The position numbers were made by a program, and so were the translations under genes. This document shows positions 21,499-32,046 of a stretch of DNA of 64,000 nucleotides, piece after piece. Origin of the DNA: a virus. Taxonomy: Duplodnaviria; Caudoviricetes. Numbering within the stretch: position 1 is the first letter of the stretch; each line of letters starts with the position of its first letter. Location of the stretch: positions 25,281-89,280 of the IMG/VR virus record IMGVR_UViG_3300021400_001580. One strand, given 5' to 3'. Below the pieces are notes generated by a model. It searched no databases. It saw only the letters and a list, made by a program, of their open reading frames with translations, and had not been told where the DNA came from.

Positions 21499-22494
21499 TT
21501 ACATCAACTGTTTTACTTCATCAATAAAGTACTCAACAAGTGAAGACTGAGAAGGTACTGCCTGACTTAGCTTAAAGTCCTCAGACCCGAATACCTTCTT
21601 AATAATATCCTTCATAATCATCAAATGCTGATCTTTATTTTCTTCACCGCCAAGTTCAAGATACTTAATCCAAATTTTCTTGGCCTCTGCCATTACTTCT
21701 GTAAATGGACGATCCTTAATTTGTGCAATTTCAGTATGATCGGTAACCTGCGCGCCATCAAGCTCTACAGCCTTATCAATTGCTTCGCCAATTGCATCTA
21801 CTAGTTCCTGATATCCAAATTTAATCTTCGGAGCAAGATACTGATAACGGCTTCCGGCGAATACATATGGTGTAGATCTTGTATATAGATATCTTTCTGA
21901 GGTTCCATCCGGATTCATCTGTACTTGCAGGTAACCAATAATATCTACAATAGAATTAATAATTGTATAACACTGATTTGGTAAGTCAGGGCAAACCGCG
22001 GTAATAGCCTCACCATCTTCATTGCGCATTTCGGTCGGTTTATCTTTGCTATGAGCAATAAATAGGATACCGAAGCCCAATAGCGTAATTTCACGCCAAA
22101 ATTCAGAAAATTCTGTCTTTAGCATATTCCAGCCTTGGCCCCACGGTACATCCCTAATGCTATCAACGTTTTCTCGCTGGCATATATAACGTTCACACAG
22201 CTGCCAAGCAATAGATGCAGTGTCAACTACGATTGAATCGTACATTTCTTTTGCTTGAGGCTTACGAAGTTGTGTAAGAACTTTCTTAGCATCTGTCCAG
22301 CGAAGGATTGGAACGCTGCGAATACCGGCTAAAGCATTAGTTCCGTGCTCAAAGTTCATAAATAGCGAGCGCGGAAGTTGGCTACCAAACGTAGATTTGC
22401 CTGTTTTTGGCTGGCCGTAGATTAATAGAAACTTTCCCTTAAGATCACGCGAAATCTTAGAAGGCTCAAGAGAAAAGATGTCAATATCCGCCAT
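21499..22494 (-). CDS. AAA_24/Sak4-like phage recombination ATPase
   Basis: LIYGQPKTGKST, IVVDT, GQGW, LFIAH; adjacent to an SSB-like gene. Confidence 0.85.
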   Translation of the reverse strand: MADIDIFSLEPSKISRDLKGKFLLIYGQPKTGKSTFGSQLPRSLFMNFEHGTNALAGIRSVPILRWTDAKKVLTQLRKPQAKEMYDSIVVDTASIAWQLCERYICQRENVDSIRDVPWGQGWNMLKTEFSEFWREITLLGFGILFIAHSKDKPTEMRNEDGEAITAVCPDLPNQCYTIINSIVDIIGYLQVQMNPDGTSERYLYTRSTPYVFAGSRYQYLAPKIKFGYQELVDAIGEAIDKAVELDGAQVTDHTEIAQIKDRPFTEVMAEAKKIWIKYLELGGEENKDQHLMIMKDIIKKVFGSEDFKLSQAVPSQSSLVEYFIDEVKQLM

Positions 22495-22536
22495 TCAAAT
22501 CACCTCCAGTATATAAGTTAGAAGTAAGGATATACC

Positions 22537-23433
22537 TTACTCCCAACTATACTTTGTGGCTTCGGAGGCGTTAGCACTGCCAACGCCCTGCTTTGGAGCA
22601 ACATGCCGGGCATTGATCTGTAGCTGCTCAATATATGCCTTTCGCTCATTAAAAGCCTTCTTAATTTCAACGGGATCGTACGCGAAATCTTCTTCCTTAC
22701 ATGTATCATCACCCTTGGTAATGATCAGCTCACGAACAAAACGAGTGGTAACTTCAGGTACATCTTCGCCCCAGCCGCCTGACTGTACCTCTTCTTCCTG
22801 AGAGAGTACGCGAATACGGCCCTTTACGGTTACTGTTCCATTCGTCTCCCAGTTACGAGAAATGTATTCAACCGTATCAGGAGCTTCCACAATAAACTCA
22901 ACAACATCGAGTCGTCCGCCGTACTGCACAATGCCGCCCTTAATTACTAGCCGGCCAGTAGTATCACCTTCGCGATCTACTTCATCATGCATGTCCATGA
23001 TAAAAATTTCGGTTACAAATGAAGCGACATCAGGTACCCGCGCCTCATTAATGAATGAGCCACGAATCTGCCAACCATTAATTAGCTGACCAGTCCGAGA
23101 TACGAAATTGTTCTCCTGTAGAGACGCACCAGTTAGGCGAACATGCGATGCATGATCAATACCGACATTCTGCGCCGTCTTCATTAGCTTTAGATCATTC
23201 AAGCTCTTCCATGCCGGATTGTTCTTACCGGTAGAGGTATATTCTGTTGCGAACATACCAACCTGAATGTCACTGGTCTCTTCCTTACCACCAAACGTCT
23301 GCGTTACTCGAATTGTTACGGTTGCACGCTGATAGGGACGCCCATCCGATAGCTTACCATCACCAAATGACACATCCATTAGTGTGCCCGCAAGATTTAG
23401 CTTATTAGTAGACTGAATAGAAATACTCTTCAT
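22537..23433 (-). CDS. Putative ssDNA-binding protein (tandem OB-like)
   Basis: NKLNLAGTL... and NGTVTVKGRI segments, GWGED; context next to the Sak4-like ATPase (inference). Confidence 0.6.
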   Translation of the reverse strand: MKSISIQSTNKLNLAGTLMDVSFGDGKLSDGRPYQRATVTIRVTQTFGGKEETSDIQVGMFATEYTSTGKNNPAWKSLNDLKLMKTAQNVGIDHASHVRLTGASLQENNFVSRTGQLINGWQIRGSFINEARVPDVASFVTEIFIMDMHDEVDREGDTTGRLVIKGGIVQYGGRLDVVEFIVEAPDTVEYISRNWETNGTVTVKGRIRVLSQEEEVQSGGWGEDVPEVTTRFVRELIITKGDDTCKEEDFAYDPVEIKKAFNERKAYIEQLQINARHVAPKQGVGSANASEATKYSWE

Positions 23434-23486
23434 TTTATTTTTCTCCTTTTTTCTTTGCTTCGTTTCATTGTATAAATATTATTTAA

Positions 23487-23867
23487 TTAAAACTCCTGTG
23501 CAGCTTCCTTTGCAGCTTCCTTTGCAGCCTTAGCGGCGGCTTTCTCTGCAGCCTTGCGTTCCTTCTCCGCCTGCTTAGCCGCGAGCTTCGCCTGCTCTTC
23601 AGCGACTGGATCATAGGCTAGACCGGCCTCAGTTAGGGTATGATACTTCACAGTCTTAGTCTTCGCCTTGCGAGTCTCAGTCGCGGGCTCTAGTTCAATT
23701 ACTTCCTCACGCGTAAGAGTTACATACTTACGCTTCTCAAGTCCATTAATACTACCAACTACCGCAGGTAGAGAAATGGATAGCGCCTCAACTAGGTCCT
23801 GCTTAGAAAATTCCTGTCCATAATGTTCCTTTAGAAAATTTAGTACACGTTCTGAATTCTGAGTCAT
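23487..23867 (-). CDS. Winged-helix DNA-binding protein with A/K/E-rich tail
   Basis: VLNFLKE...SKQDLVEALSISLPAVVGSINGLEKRKYV...LTEAG. Confidence 0.7.
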   Translation of the reverse strand: MTQNSERVLNFLKEHYGQEFSKQDLVEALSISLPAVVGSINGLEKRKYVTLTREEVIELEPATETRKAKTKTVKYHTLTEAGLAYDPVAEEQAKLAAKQAEKERKAAEKAAAKAAKEAAKEAAQEF

Positions 23868-23972
23868 ATTATTCTCTCCTTTTAATCTTTAAATATAAAT
23901 TTTATTTAGTTATTTGAGTAAGAACCATTACTTTATCCCGCTCACGGGCTACTTCTCTTACTTTCTGTATAT

Positions 23973-24001
23973 ATTATACAATAAAATTATAAAATAGTCA
24001 A
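23973..24001 (-). promoter_or_regulatory. Sigma-A promoter
   Basis: TTGACT-17-TATAAT. Confidence 0.8.
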
Positions 24002-24005
24002 ATAT

Positions 24006-24398
24006 TTAATTATTTTCTGTGATAATAAATAATTCATTAACTAATGACATTACTGCATCATCAGACTTAGTATTATCTAACACTTGCTGGAGCTTAGGTA
24101 AAACATCGGTTTGATATCCAGTTAAAGCTTGCTTTAAGTTTTTAATACGGTCCTCAAGCTGTCGTGCAATAATTGTCGCTCCAATCAATAAACGAGCAAT
24201 TTCTGTCCTAGTAGGAACATAATTATCACCTGCGGCATTAATAGTGTCAACTAATGTTTGATAATCGTCGCGCATGGTGGCAGCAGTCTTTACGCCCTAA
24301 GTATCACTCTTGGTTTCATTATATTCCATAACAGTTTCCGCCGCCGCAGCGGTAGTCTGTGCAATTTCCTTAAATAAAGTTATATACTTCTTATCCAT
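24006..24398 (-). CDS. Hypothetical protein (130 aa, 1 TAG read through)
   Basis: RBS AAGGGAG + ATG 24398; MDKKYITLF...KSDT[TAG]GVKT... in frame with track ORF 24006..24275. Confidence 0.75.
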
Positions 24399-26472
24399 TT
24401 TTAACTCCCTTTACTGCTCTAGCAGTAAGTTTATAAGTGTTATCGCCTACCCATTTTGCTTCTTTTACTTCTTCATTTGTACTAAGCTTAATCGCCTTGA
24501 CTCCCTTAGTTAATCTGCCTGTATAAGATAATTCAGATAAAGGATAGCAATTGTAATAGTTATTAGTACTAATAATGGCCACCCTATCATCGTCATCACT
24601 ACTTAGAATTACTGACACTAGAGAGTCGCCCTCTTCTAGTTTAATTGCGGCAGCACCCTTTTTTGTACGAGTAAAGTATTCACTAACATGACTTTTTTTA
24701 ATGAAGCCATGTTTCGTGATACATGTAACCGACTGAAAGGCATTAAATGTACGAGTGTCGATAAGAAGAAGCGGCTTTTCCGCGCCGATAGGAAATATAT
24801 CGGTGAGCTTAATATCTTTACCATATTTAAGCTTACTAATTGATTCTGTATAAATCTTGCCGCCAGAAGTAAAAAGAATAAGTGTGCCGAGATTTGTTGT
24901 TAATATTTCTAGTTGCGCATTTCCACGTTTCCCACGGCTTGCATCTTTTTTAATAGCTTTAATTGTGTTGCCATTCTGAAGAACAATTATATCTTCTTCT
25001 TTAATTTCTTCTGGTTCTTCTTCGTCGCCTAATACATTTGTAATTTGCGTCCGTCTTGCGTCACCAAATTTTTGAGATACTAGATTTAGTATTTCAATCA
25101 ATTTTTCATCTAAAGCGGTAGGCTCAGATAATAAGTAATTACATTCACCAATAAATCTAGTAAGTTCTTTTAGTTCATCAGAAATTTTTATGCCGTCCAG
25201 TTTGCACAAGCGCGCCAGTTTCATATCTAAAATTGCATTAACCTGTTCTTCATTGAATTTATAACGCGCTATTAAAGTCTTTTTTGCTTCTGCTGGACTA
25301 TCACTACTTTTAATAATGGCAACAATATTATCAATATCAGCGAGAGCAATTAGTAGTCCATTCAGAATATTTTCGCGCGTGAGAGCTTTATCCAAATCAA
25401 ATTGAATCATGTTACGCTTACACTGCCTAATGTGTGCAATATAAGCATCACAAGCTTCGCGCCATCCAAATACTTTTGGGAAGCGTCCTCGATCCAACAG
25501 AATCATATTCACAGAAAAATGATTTTCAAGCGAAGTATCATGATATAATTTAGCAATCATTTTATCTGGATTTTGTCCTTTGGAAAGGTAAATGCGAATA
25601 TCAGCAGTTTTCTTTGTATGGTCAATAACCTTATCAATACCATAATCTGGATCGTCACTTACTAATGATGCAAGCTGATCTATTACAGTATTAGTAAATA
25701 CTCCATATGGAAGTTCGGTTGCTTGAAGCATGTTTTCTTTTGGTTGATAAGTTATTTTCGCACGTAACCGTATAGATTTACCACGTCCAATTCGCAAACT
25801 CTCTTTTACTTCAGCAGCATTTGTGAGAGTACCGCCAGTAGCAAAATCTGGTGCGCAATAAATTTGATCAAAATCAACCGAGGGGTTTTTGATGATTTTA
25901 ATAAGCGCATCATTAACCTCTCTAAGGTTAAATTGAGGCACAGATGTTGCCATTGCAACCGCTATTCCCTGACAGCCATTTACAATATTCCAATATCCAA
26001 TCGACGGGAATACGGATGGAATTTTCTCAGTGCTATCATAATTATCATACCATTCCGTAACAGCATTTTTCTTCAAGCCGTCAAACATAAAGTCTGCGAC
26101 TTCTCCCGCTTTCATTTCAACATAACGGGCGGCCGCATGACTATCCGGAGATGAAGGATTACCATAGCTTCCTTGAACATCTTCAAGTGGATAGCGGCTT
26201 GACCATGGCCGTGCCGCACGTATCAATGCGTCATACATTGCTACATCGCCGTGGACATACGACTGAGACATAGCCGCGGCCACACTCTTTTGAGCCTTTT
26301 GAAACTTATCTTTATGAGTGAGCTTGTTAGTAAACTGTGCATATAGACCTTGCCGCAAACCAATCTTTAACATGTCTCTTACATCAGGTAGAGACCTCTC
26401 CTGCGCGATTGATGCGCCATATTTTAGAAATGCATCCTCAATGGTAAGCTGAAAGTCTACGTTTTTAATCAT
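24391..26472 (-). CDS. gyrA: Type IIA topoisomerase subunit A (GyrA/ParC family)
   Basis: LPDVRDMLK, YVHGD, catalytic AAARYVE, NGCQGIAVAMAT; shortened pinwheel CTD, so gyrase vs topo IV is unresolved. Confidence 0.93.
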   Translation of the reverse strand: MIKNVDFQLTIEDAFLKYGASIAQERSLPDVRDMLKIGLRQGLYAQFTNKLTHKDKFQKAQKSVAAAMSQSYVHGDVAMYDALIRAARPWSSRYPLEDVQGSYGNPSSPDSHAAARYVEMKAGEVADFMFDGLKKNAVTEWYDNYDSTEKIPSVFPSIGYWNIVNGCQGIAVAMATSVPQFNLREVNDALIKIIKNPSVDFDQIYCAPDFATGGTLTNAAEVKESLRIGRGKSIRLRAKITYQPKENMLQATELPYGVFTNTVIDQLASLVSDDPDYGIDKVIDHTKKTADIRIYLSKGQNPDKMIAKLYHDTSLENHFSVNMILLDRGRFPKVFGWREACDAYIAHIRQCKRNMIQFDLDKALTRENILNGLLIALADIDNIVAIIKSSDSPAEAKKTLIARYKFNEEQVNAILDMKLARLCKLDGIKISDELKELTRFIGECNYLLSEPTALDEKLIEILNLVSQKFGDARRTQITNVLGDEEEPEEIKEEDIIVLQNGNTIKAIKKDASRGKRGNAQLEILTTNLGTLILFTSGGKIYTESISKLKYGKDIKLTDIFPIGAEKPLLLIDTRTFNAFQSVTCITKHGFIKKSHVSEYFTRTKKGAAAIKLEEGDSLVSVILSSDDDDRVAIISTNNYYNCYPLSELSYTGRLTKGVKAIKLSTNEEVKEAKWVGDNTYKLTARAVKGVKNG

Positions 26473-26496
26473 CTTCTCACTCCTTTCTTTTTATTT

Positions 26497-26525
26497 ATTA
26501 TAACATAAATTTTAGAGTTTGTCAA
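26497..26525 (-). promoter_or_regulatory. Sigma-A promoter upstream of topoisomerase A
   Basis: TTGACA-17-TATAAT. Confidence 0.8.
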
Positions 26526-26697
26526 ATAAACAATCTAGTTGTTGTTGTCTATATTCTCTTTCAATATTTTGCAGATATAAAATATAACGAGCAAATATTT
26601 CGGGTATAATAATCTTTTCACATGCGTTATCTGATACGCTAATAACTTCTTTTCCTCGAAAATATCCTATATAACCTGCGTCCATAATATCACCCAT
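26512..26697 (-). CDS. Small hypothetical protein
   Basis: 61-aa ORF coupled to the topoisomerase B stop. Confidence 0.5.
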   Translation of the reverse strand: MGDIMDAGYIGYFRGKEVISVSDNACEKIIIPEIFARYILYLQNIEREYRQQQLDCLFDKL

Positions 26698-28555
26698 TCA
26701 AAATATTAAAGTCCACATTCTCAAACAAGAAGTCTCGACGTCCCTCAACTTCCGTGCCCATTAGCATCTTTAGTGATTCGGCCGCGAGTTCAGCATCATT
26801 AATGGTAAGAATATCCAAGCGCCGATTTGTCGGATGCAACATAGACTCTTCCATATCTTCTGCCACCATCTCGCCCAAGCCTTTATAGCGACTCTGTTCC
26901 CACCCGCTATGAGTTTTCTTTAGTTCAGCAAGTTCATCTTCATCATAAGCATATACATGCTGTTTACCTTTACTTAATCTGTATAGTGGAGCACGCAACC
27001 AGCCAAGTCGTCCTTCTTCAATGAACTTTGGCATTAATACATAAAAGAGAGTTGCAATTAGACACATAATTGAATAACCATCAACATCGGCATCTGTCGC
27101 AATTGCGACTTTTCCATAATTAAGTTTCTTACTATTGTAACGGTCCTGAATACCACATCCAAGCGCCATAATGATATCAGATACTTCCTGATTCTCTAAG
27201 CATTCATCAAGTGGATGCTTCATTAGGTTCTTAACCTTACCGCGCACAGCATACAACGCTTCTGTTTTTACATCGCGCGCAGGCATTAGACCGCCCAATG
27301 CGGAATTACCTTCGCATATAATAAGCATTGAATCTTGGCCATGCTTTTCGCAATCTTTGAATTTGTCAGAGGAAGTAACCTTACGCTTACGCTGCTCAGT
27401 TTCTTTTTTCTCCATATTCATGACTGCATTACGGGCTTTTTCTGCGGCGGCATCTGCACGCGCTTCCTTAGTTAAAAGGCCAATGATTTTATTAAAATCT
27501 TCTCTATTCTTAGATGCCCATTCTTTAATAGCTTCTGTAAATACAGTCTGTGTATAGCCGCGTAATTCTTGATTCTGAATCTTATCTTTAACCTGATTCT
27601 GATAAACAGGATGCGGATGCTTAATATTGATAATAGTAACAAGCCCTTTACGAATCATATCGCCATCAAATGATTCTTTAGATAAGTCATTTATTGTACG
27701 CGTAAAAGCTGCCTTCATCCCGCTCACAGGTGTGCCCCCGCCACTATTTAAAGCACCATTGGAAAATACGTAGCACTTTTCGCGCCCGGCGGTCCATTGC
27801 GCGAAAACTTCAATATCAATATCTCCATCAAAAGTCTTGGTGCTATAAATATATTGCTTATGAAGAGGCTTTGTAATGTTATTTGCGGCAAAATCTTTTA
27901 GTCCATTCTTAGAAAGAAACTTTTCTACTTTATCGCCACTCTTATAAATAAAAGTAACATTTGGAATAAAATAACTAGTTAGTTCTAATTCTTTGCGGAT
28001 ACGCTCCTTTTCAAAAGAAGGCGTTGCCGCGTCCAAATGAAAAATAGATTTATCAGGCCTAAAATAAATAGTAGTACCAGTTTCTTTTGTTTTGCGAAGC
28101 TGACGTGCCTGTGTATCTTGAGGAATACCGTCTTTAAATTGTAGATGCCATTCTGCGCCATCACGCCTAGTCCATACTTCAAAGACTTCTGAACATACGC
28201 ATACGGTAGAAGAACCAATACCATGCATCCCACGCACGCGCTTATAGTTTTCAGAATCAAACTTACCTGAACTGTGCGCAGATGCGTAAATTTCAATTAA
28301 AACTTCTTCTGTATCTTTATTACGGCCACGAGGTACACCAGCTCCCTTATCAGATACTGTGATATCATTGTCATTAACTTCTACTGTAATTTCATTACCG
28401 CGGCCCATAATTGCTTCATCACAAGCATTATTTAGTATTTCCAAGAAACAGTTAAACATTGCATCTTGTCCGTCTGCACCAATGTACATGCCAGGGGTCG
28501 TTCTCGCCGCAGTACGAAAGTCTCGTACTTGTATCGAGTCTGCATTATATGCCAT
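26690..28555 (-). CDS. gyrB: Type IIA topoisomerase subunit B (GyrB/ParE family)
   Basis: PGMYIG, EILNNACDE, HSSGKF, GMHGIG, ICEGNSA, DADVDG, RYKGLGEM. Confidence 0.95.
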   Translation of the reverse strand: MAYNADSIQVRDFRTAARTTPGMYIGADGQDAMFNCFLEILNNACDEAIMGRGNEITVEVNDNDITVSDKGAGVPRGRNKDTEEVLIEIYASAHSSGKFDSENYKRVRGMHGIGSSTVCVCSEVFEVWTRRDGAEWHLQFKDGIPQDTQARQLRKTKETGTTIYFRPDKSIFHLDAATPSFEKERIRKELELTSYFIPNVTFIYKSGDKVEKFLSKNGLKDFAANNITKPLHKQYIYSTKTFDGDIDIEVFAQWTAGREKCYVFSNGALNSGGGTPVSGMKAAFTRTINDLSKESFDGDMIRKGLVTIINIKHPHPVYQNQVKDKIQNQELRGYTQTVFTEAIKEWASKNREDFNKIIGLLTKEARADAAAEKARNAVMNMEKKETEQRKRKVTSSDKFKDCEKHGQDSMLIICEGNSALGGLMPARDVKTEALYAVRGKVKNLMKHPLDECLENQEVSDIIMALGCGIQDRYNSKKLNYGKVAIATDADVDGYSIMCLIATLFYVLMPKFIEEGRLGWLRAPLYRLSKGKQHVYAYDEDELAELKKTHSGWEQSRYKGLGEMVAEDMEESMLHPTNRRLDILTINDAELAAESLKMLMGTEVEGRRDFLFENVDFNILNG

Positions 28556-28583
28556 TCTCTCACCTCTTTCTTTCTTACAATAT

Positions 28584-28630
28584 ATTATACCATAAATTTA
28601 AAAAAGAGTCAATTATTTAATTGACTCTTA
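28584..28630 (-). promoter_or_regulatory. Sigma-A promoter whose -35 lies in a palindrome/terminator stem
   Basis: TTGACT-17-TATAAT; inverted repeat AAGAGTCAAT/ATTGACTCTT overlaps the -35. Confidence 0.75.
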
Positions 28631-28642
28631 ATATTACCTCAT

Positions 28643-29092
28643 TTAAGTAAGTATCGTCTTGCATTTGCCGTGACTTGCTTCATGCGGATGTTCTAAAATC
28701 CATTTAAGCTCACTTTTAATACTGCCGTAATTCTGATTAAAATTGATAAAGCTAGTACTGCCCCAATAAGTCATCAGTGATGTTGGTTCATTAGTAATCT
28801 GAATTACATGCACTGGGATACCTTTTGCGAATGCATAGCCCTGCTCCCAATTAGTTCCAGACGTAGAATTTCTTCCAATACTAATCAAAATCACTGCTTC
28901 GCATGAATCAATCGCGGCCACATCAGCGATAAAAACGTGCTTTGCCCACTCTTCTTGCGGCATATCCCATGCATTTTCAATTTTTAATTCCCATGGGCAA
29001 TAGATATCTACTTCTTTTTCGCGCAAATATTTAGCTATTTGAACCATAAAAGTACGATTAGCAGAATCACACGGACCAGCAATATAGAACAT
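28643..29092 (-). CDS. Nucleoside 2-deoxyribosyltransferase family protein
   Basis: MFYIAGP...DVAAIDSCEAV...GTNWEQGYAFAKGIPV. Confidence 0.85.
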   Translation of the reverse strand: MFYIAGPCDSANRTFMVQIAKYLREKEVDIYCPWELKIENAWDMPQEEWAKHVFIADVAAIDSCEAVILISIGRNSTSGTNWEQGYAFAKGIPVHVIQITNEPTSLMTYWGSTSFINFNQNYGSIKSELKWILEHPHEASHGKCKTILT

Positions 29093-29093
29093 A

Positions 29094-29471
29094 TTATTCC
29101 TCCTCTTTGAAGTATCCAAGTTTATCTACTGCCGCTTCTACACATTCATACAGAATATGAGTTCTAATAAGACAATCAATGTAGCGTGCGGGCGCATGAT
29201 GAAATTCTTCCTTCATGGGTTTTGTAAAATTATATCCCCATTCTTCAAGAACTTCAACTAATTCTGGTAGCCCATAGCCGACATAACTAGCGCATTCTTC
29301 TTCAGTACCGTAATAGGAACCACCATTACCTGTAATTGCATCTACGTCCCAAAGTTCCTCATCCAACATTTCAATATATTCTTCTTCTGTCATGTCGGGC
29401 TCAGGTTCCATATAATTATCAACTACGTAATTCATAATGTCTTCAACCATTGCTTCTCTATAATTGTACAT
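29094..29471 (-). CDS. Acidic hypothetical protein
   Basis: Track ORF with RBS. Confidence 0.7.
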   Translation of the reverse strand: MYNYREAMVEDIMNYVVDNYMEPEPDMTEEEYIEMLDEELWDVDAITGNGGSYYGTEEECASYVGYGLPELVEVLEEWGYNFTKPMKEEFHHAPARYIDCLIRTHILYECVEAAVDKLGYFKEEE

Positions 29472-29473
29472 TA

Positions 29474-29764
29474 TTACCCCTCCATTCTGACACTGAAACC
29501 TCGTAAATCAAGATTAAAATCTTGCTTAAAATACTCCTGCATTACATCATCAAGTTTATGTACAAAAAGAGGCTTAGCAGCATCAAATTCACCGTAGAGT
29601 AAGTCATTGAGGTCAATAATATAAAGAGAATCAAATCCATATGCTTTTGCTTTTACTTGAAGCGCGCGTTTATTTGTAGTAAGAATAATACCATCTGCTT
29701 CAAGCGCCATTTCCATCAGTTCTTTCGTCTTACCAGTTCCAAGTGGTCGAGCAATAATTTTCAT
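29474..29764 (-). CDS. Small P-loop-like protein
   Basis: IIARPLGTGKT Walker-A-like motif. Confidence 0.6.
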   Translation of the reverse strand: MKIIARPLGTGKTKELMEMALEADGIILTTNKRALQVKAKAYGFDSLYIIDLNDLLYGEFDAAKPLFVHKLDDVMQEYFKQDFNLDLRGFSVRMEG

Positions 29765-30084
29765 TTTTCAATCTCCTTTACTTGAATTGCATCAGAATAT
29801 TCAAAGCGTTTTGTTATATCATATTTTTGATAAAATTCTTGAGCCGGCATATCAGTAATACGTACCACGTATTCATTATGATCGAATTTACTATTATGTA
29901 AAATAAACATAAATATTATTCCAACTAATGCAGCGATAAGACCAATAATAGCTACAATTGCTCCTGCATAATCAGTATTACGTAGACATATGGCCGCAAC
30001 CGCTGCAATTCCAAGACCAACAAAAAAAGTAATAACTGGCCACGCTGGTAGACCATAAATTGGAACAGTTTCAAGAATTTCCAT
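29761..30084 (-). CDS. Membrane protein (2 TM)
   Basis: RBS GGAGG + MEILETV; two hydrophobic stretches. Confidence 0.65.
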   Translation of the reverse strand: MEILETVPIYGLPAWPVITFFVGLGIAAVAAICLRNTDYAGAIVAIIGLIAALVGIIFMFILHNSKFDHNEYVVRITDMPAQEFYQKYDITKRFEYSDAIQVKEIEK

Positions 30085-30364
30085 ATTTCCTCCTAATACC
30101 GCAAATGGGGCAGAATTCATCTTCATTATATAGGATACTAACCGCTTTACATTCAGGACACTTATAAGCGATAACCTCGTCAGTGGTAATCGTTGGCGCT
30201 GTATCAATAACCGCTTGTGCCTTATCCAGCACTGCTATAGCAAAATTAAATATTTCTCTACTATCGGACATATGCATTTCATAAATTAAATCCCGAATCA
30301 TTTCATCACGTCCGAGAGATGGCGCATTAAGGTCACAATCATCACGATAAATTAATTCTCGCAT
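30071..30364 (-). CDS. Zn-ribbon hypothetical protein
   Basis: CPEC...FCPICG. Confidence 0.7.
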   Translation of the reverse strand: MRELIYRDDCDLNAPSLGRDEMIRDLIYEMHMSDSREIFNFAIAVLDKAQAVIDTAPTITTDEVIAYKCPECKAVSILYNEDEFCPICGIRRKYGNS

Positions 30365-30370
30365 GTCATT

Positions 30371-30688
30371 TTACCGCCTTTCCCCGTCAGCGCAGAACCA
30401 GTCTGCATTAACAAATTTTTTGATATGTTTGCAAAAGGGGACTCCGTTTGCAGGAGCATTAAGGTGCATGCAATCCTTGCATCGTACTACTTCAACCATA
30501 TCAGCCTTTTTATTCATGCTGCTTGTTAGCTAATCTAGCTGAGACGATTCATTAAAGTCGATATCATTGAAATAGCCGTTGCAATTCATACACTTATATT
30601 TATATGCTGTGGAGAAATCTCCCAGTGAAACCATATAGTTTGGATTCTTACATTTTGGGCAAATCCTGTTTACAAATTCAAGACTCAT
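30371..30688 (-). CDS. Double Zn-ribbon protein (105 aa, 1 TAG read through; absent from track)
   Basis: MSLEFVNRICPKC...CMNC...SQLD[TAG]LTSSMNKK...RCKDC...WFCADGERR; no RBS before the internal ATG. Confidence 0.6.
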
Positions 30689-30710
30689 TTGATTTTATGT
30701 CCTCTCATTC

Positions 30711-30975
30711 TCAATACTCGTGTTTTCGTACCTTAGGATTTCCGTTTGCATCAACGAGCATTGTTAGTGTTCCCTTATTGTGTGTACCTTCCGACATCCA
30801 GTATTCGACGTTCGTTTCACCGTCCATAACAATGCTCCCATACTCATAGCTTTCAATTTTTATAAATCTGGCGCTTTCATCTGGCTTGAGGTCTGTTTCA
30901 TTCATCATGCGGCCACAACCACATAATGTCAGCAACAGAATTATCATTAATGTAATAAGAATAATCTTTTTCATT
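30711..30975 (-). CDS. Putative lipoprotein
   Basis: MKKIILITLMIILLLTLCGC lipobox-like signal. Confidence 0.65.
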
Positions 30976-31234
30976 TGCTCACTGTCCTCTCCAATTGCGC
31001 CCGGTGGCATTCTGTATCAGAATCTAACGGGCATCTACAAAAGATATTATATGTATCACAATCGTCAATCTGTACTTTTAGAATGTCACAAACAGAAGTC
31101 CAATCATCCACCGACATATCCCATATATGCAAATGCGGACATTCTAGTGTACAATCCAAAGGAAAACATTTCATTCCCACTTCACCACTTTCCCATCGTG
31201 TCTGGATGTTCATCCCAATTTCTTTCCAACTCAA
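30971..31234 (-). CDS. Cys-rich hypothetical protein
   Basis: Track ORF; start uncertain. Confidence 0.5.
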   Translation of the reverse strand: MSWKEIGMNIQTRWESGEVGMKCFPLDCTLECPHLHIWDMSVDDWTSVCDILKVQIDDCDTYNIFCRCPLDSDTECHRAQLERTVSK

Positions 31235-31442
31235 ATTTTTTGATTTGTTCTTCCTGCTTTTTCAGTAGGGCAAGAGTATCGTCAGCTAACACATTTATGC
31301 ATGATCTCCAAACAGTAAAGGCATTCATGATGCCTTGATCTTTGTATGGGCACTCATCGCATCTATTCTTCTCGGGTTGAACGTTCCGTCGGCTCCACTT
31401 ACAACATTCTAGTCCTTTGATAACCATCGCTCTATTGGCCAT
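31182..31442 (-). CDS. Hypothetical protein of the local 'DALALL..Q' paralog family
   Basis: VIKGLECC...CDECPY...DTLALLKKQEEQ. Confidence 0.7.
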   Translation of the reverse strand: MANRAMVIKGLECCKWSRRNVQPEKNRCDECPYKDQGIMNAFTVWRSCINVLADDTLALLKKQEEQIKKFELERNWDEHPDTMGKW

Positions 31443-31447
31443 TTATT

Positions 31448-31780
31448 TTAGTATCCTTCCTGTGTTGGTTTTACAACGCAAATCCTCGCTTCAATTTCTG
31501 TAACATCTGCCATTGGTGGATATTTATTCTTGTTGCAAAAAAATTCTACATATCCTTCAGCAACGAGTTTTCTCGCTAGTTTATTTGCCATATCTGTTTT
31601 CACAAATTCGATTTCATGCATAAAATAATTTGGAACAACATTTCCTATCTTAAGCGTTTTAACATCTCTAGGAATTGTTATAATAGAAACGCGGGATTTT
31701 AGTGCTTGTTCTGCTATTATTCGTCTTTTGATTTCTCTATATAAACGATTTTGGTTACGCTTGTATGATTTTTTATTCAT
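31448..31780 (-). CDS. Hypothetical protein
   Basis: Track ORF; likely start MNKKS overlapping the upstream TGA. Confidence 0.6.
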   Translation of the reverse strand: MNKKSYKRNQNRLYREIKRRIIAEQALKSRVSIITIPRDVKTLKIGNVVPNYFMHEIEFVKTDMANKLARKLVAEGYVEFFCNKNKYPPMADVTEIEARICVVKPTQEGY

Positions 31781-32046
31781 TTCAATTTTCTCATCTTTCC
31801 ACAATTAGGACAGAAATTCATTGGAAATGGATTTCCTTCTGAGTCGGTATCACACCAATATTCGCCGCAATGCATACAACGAATATGGTGTCCATCTTTT
31901 ACAAATACTGTTTCCTACTCGTTCAACGCATGTATAGCTACATCGAAGTACATTTGACAGCGACTGTTCACCTTCATTGGAGCATACCTGGCCAATTCTT
32001 CCGCGGCTTTTCGTAGACCGTCAATAATACTATCCTTATTAATCAT
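31777..32046 (-). CDS. Zn-ribbon paralog (89 aa, 1 TAG read through; absent from track)
   Basis: MINKDSIIDGL...AIHALNE[TAG 31915]ETVF...CMHCG...NFCPNCG. Confidence 0.65.
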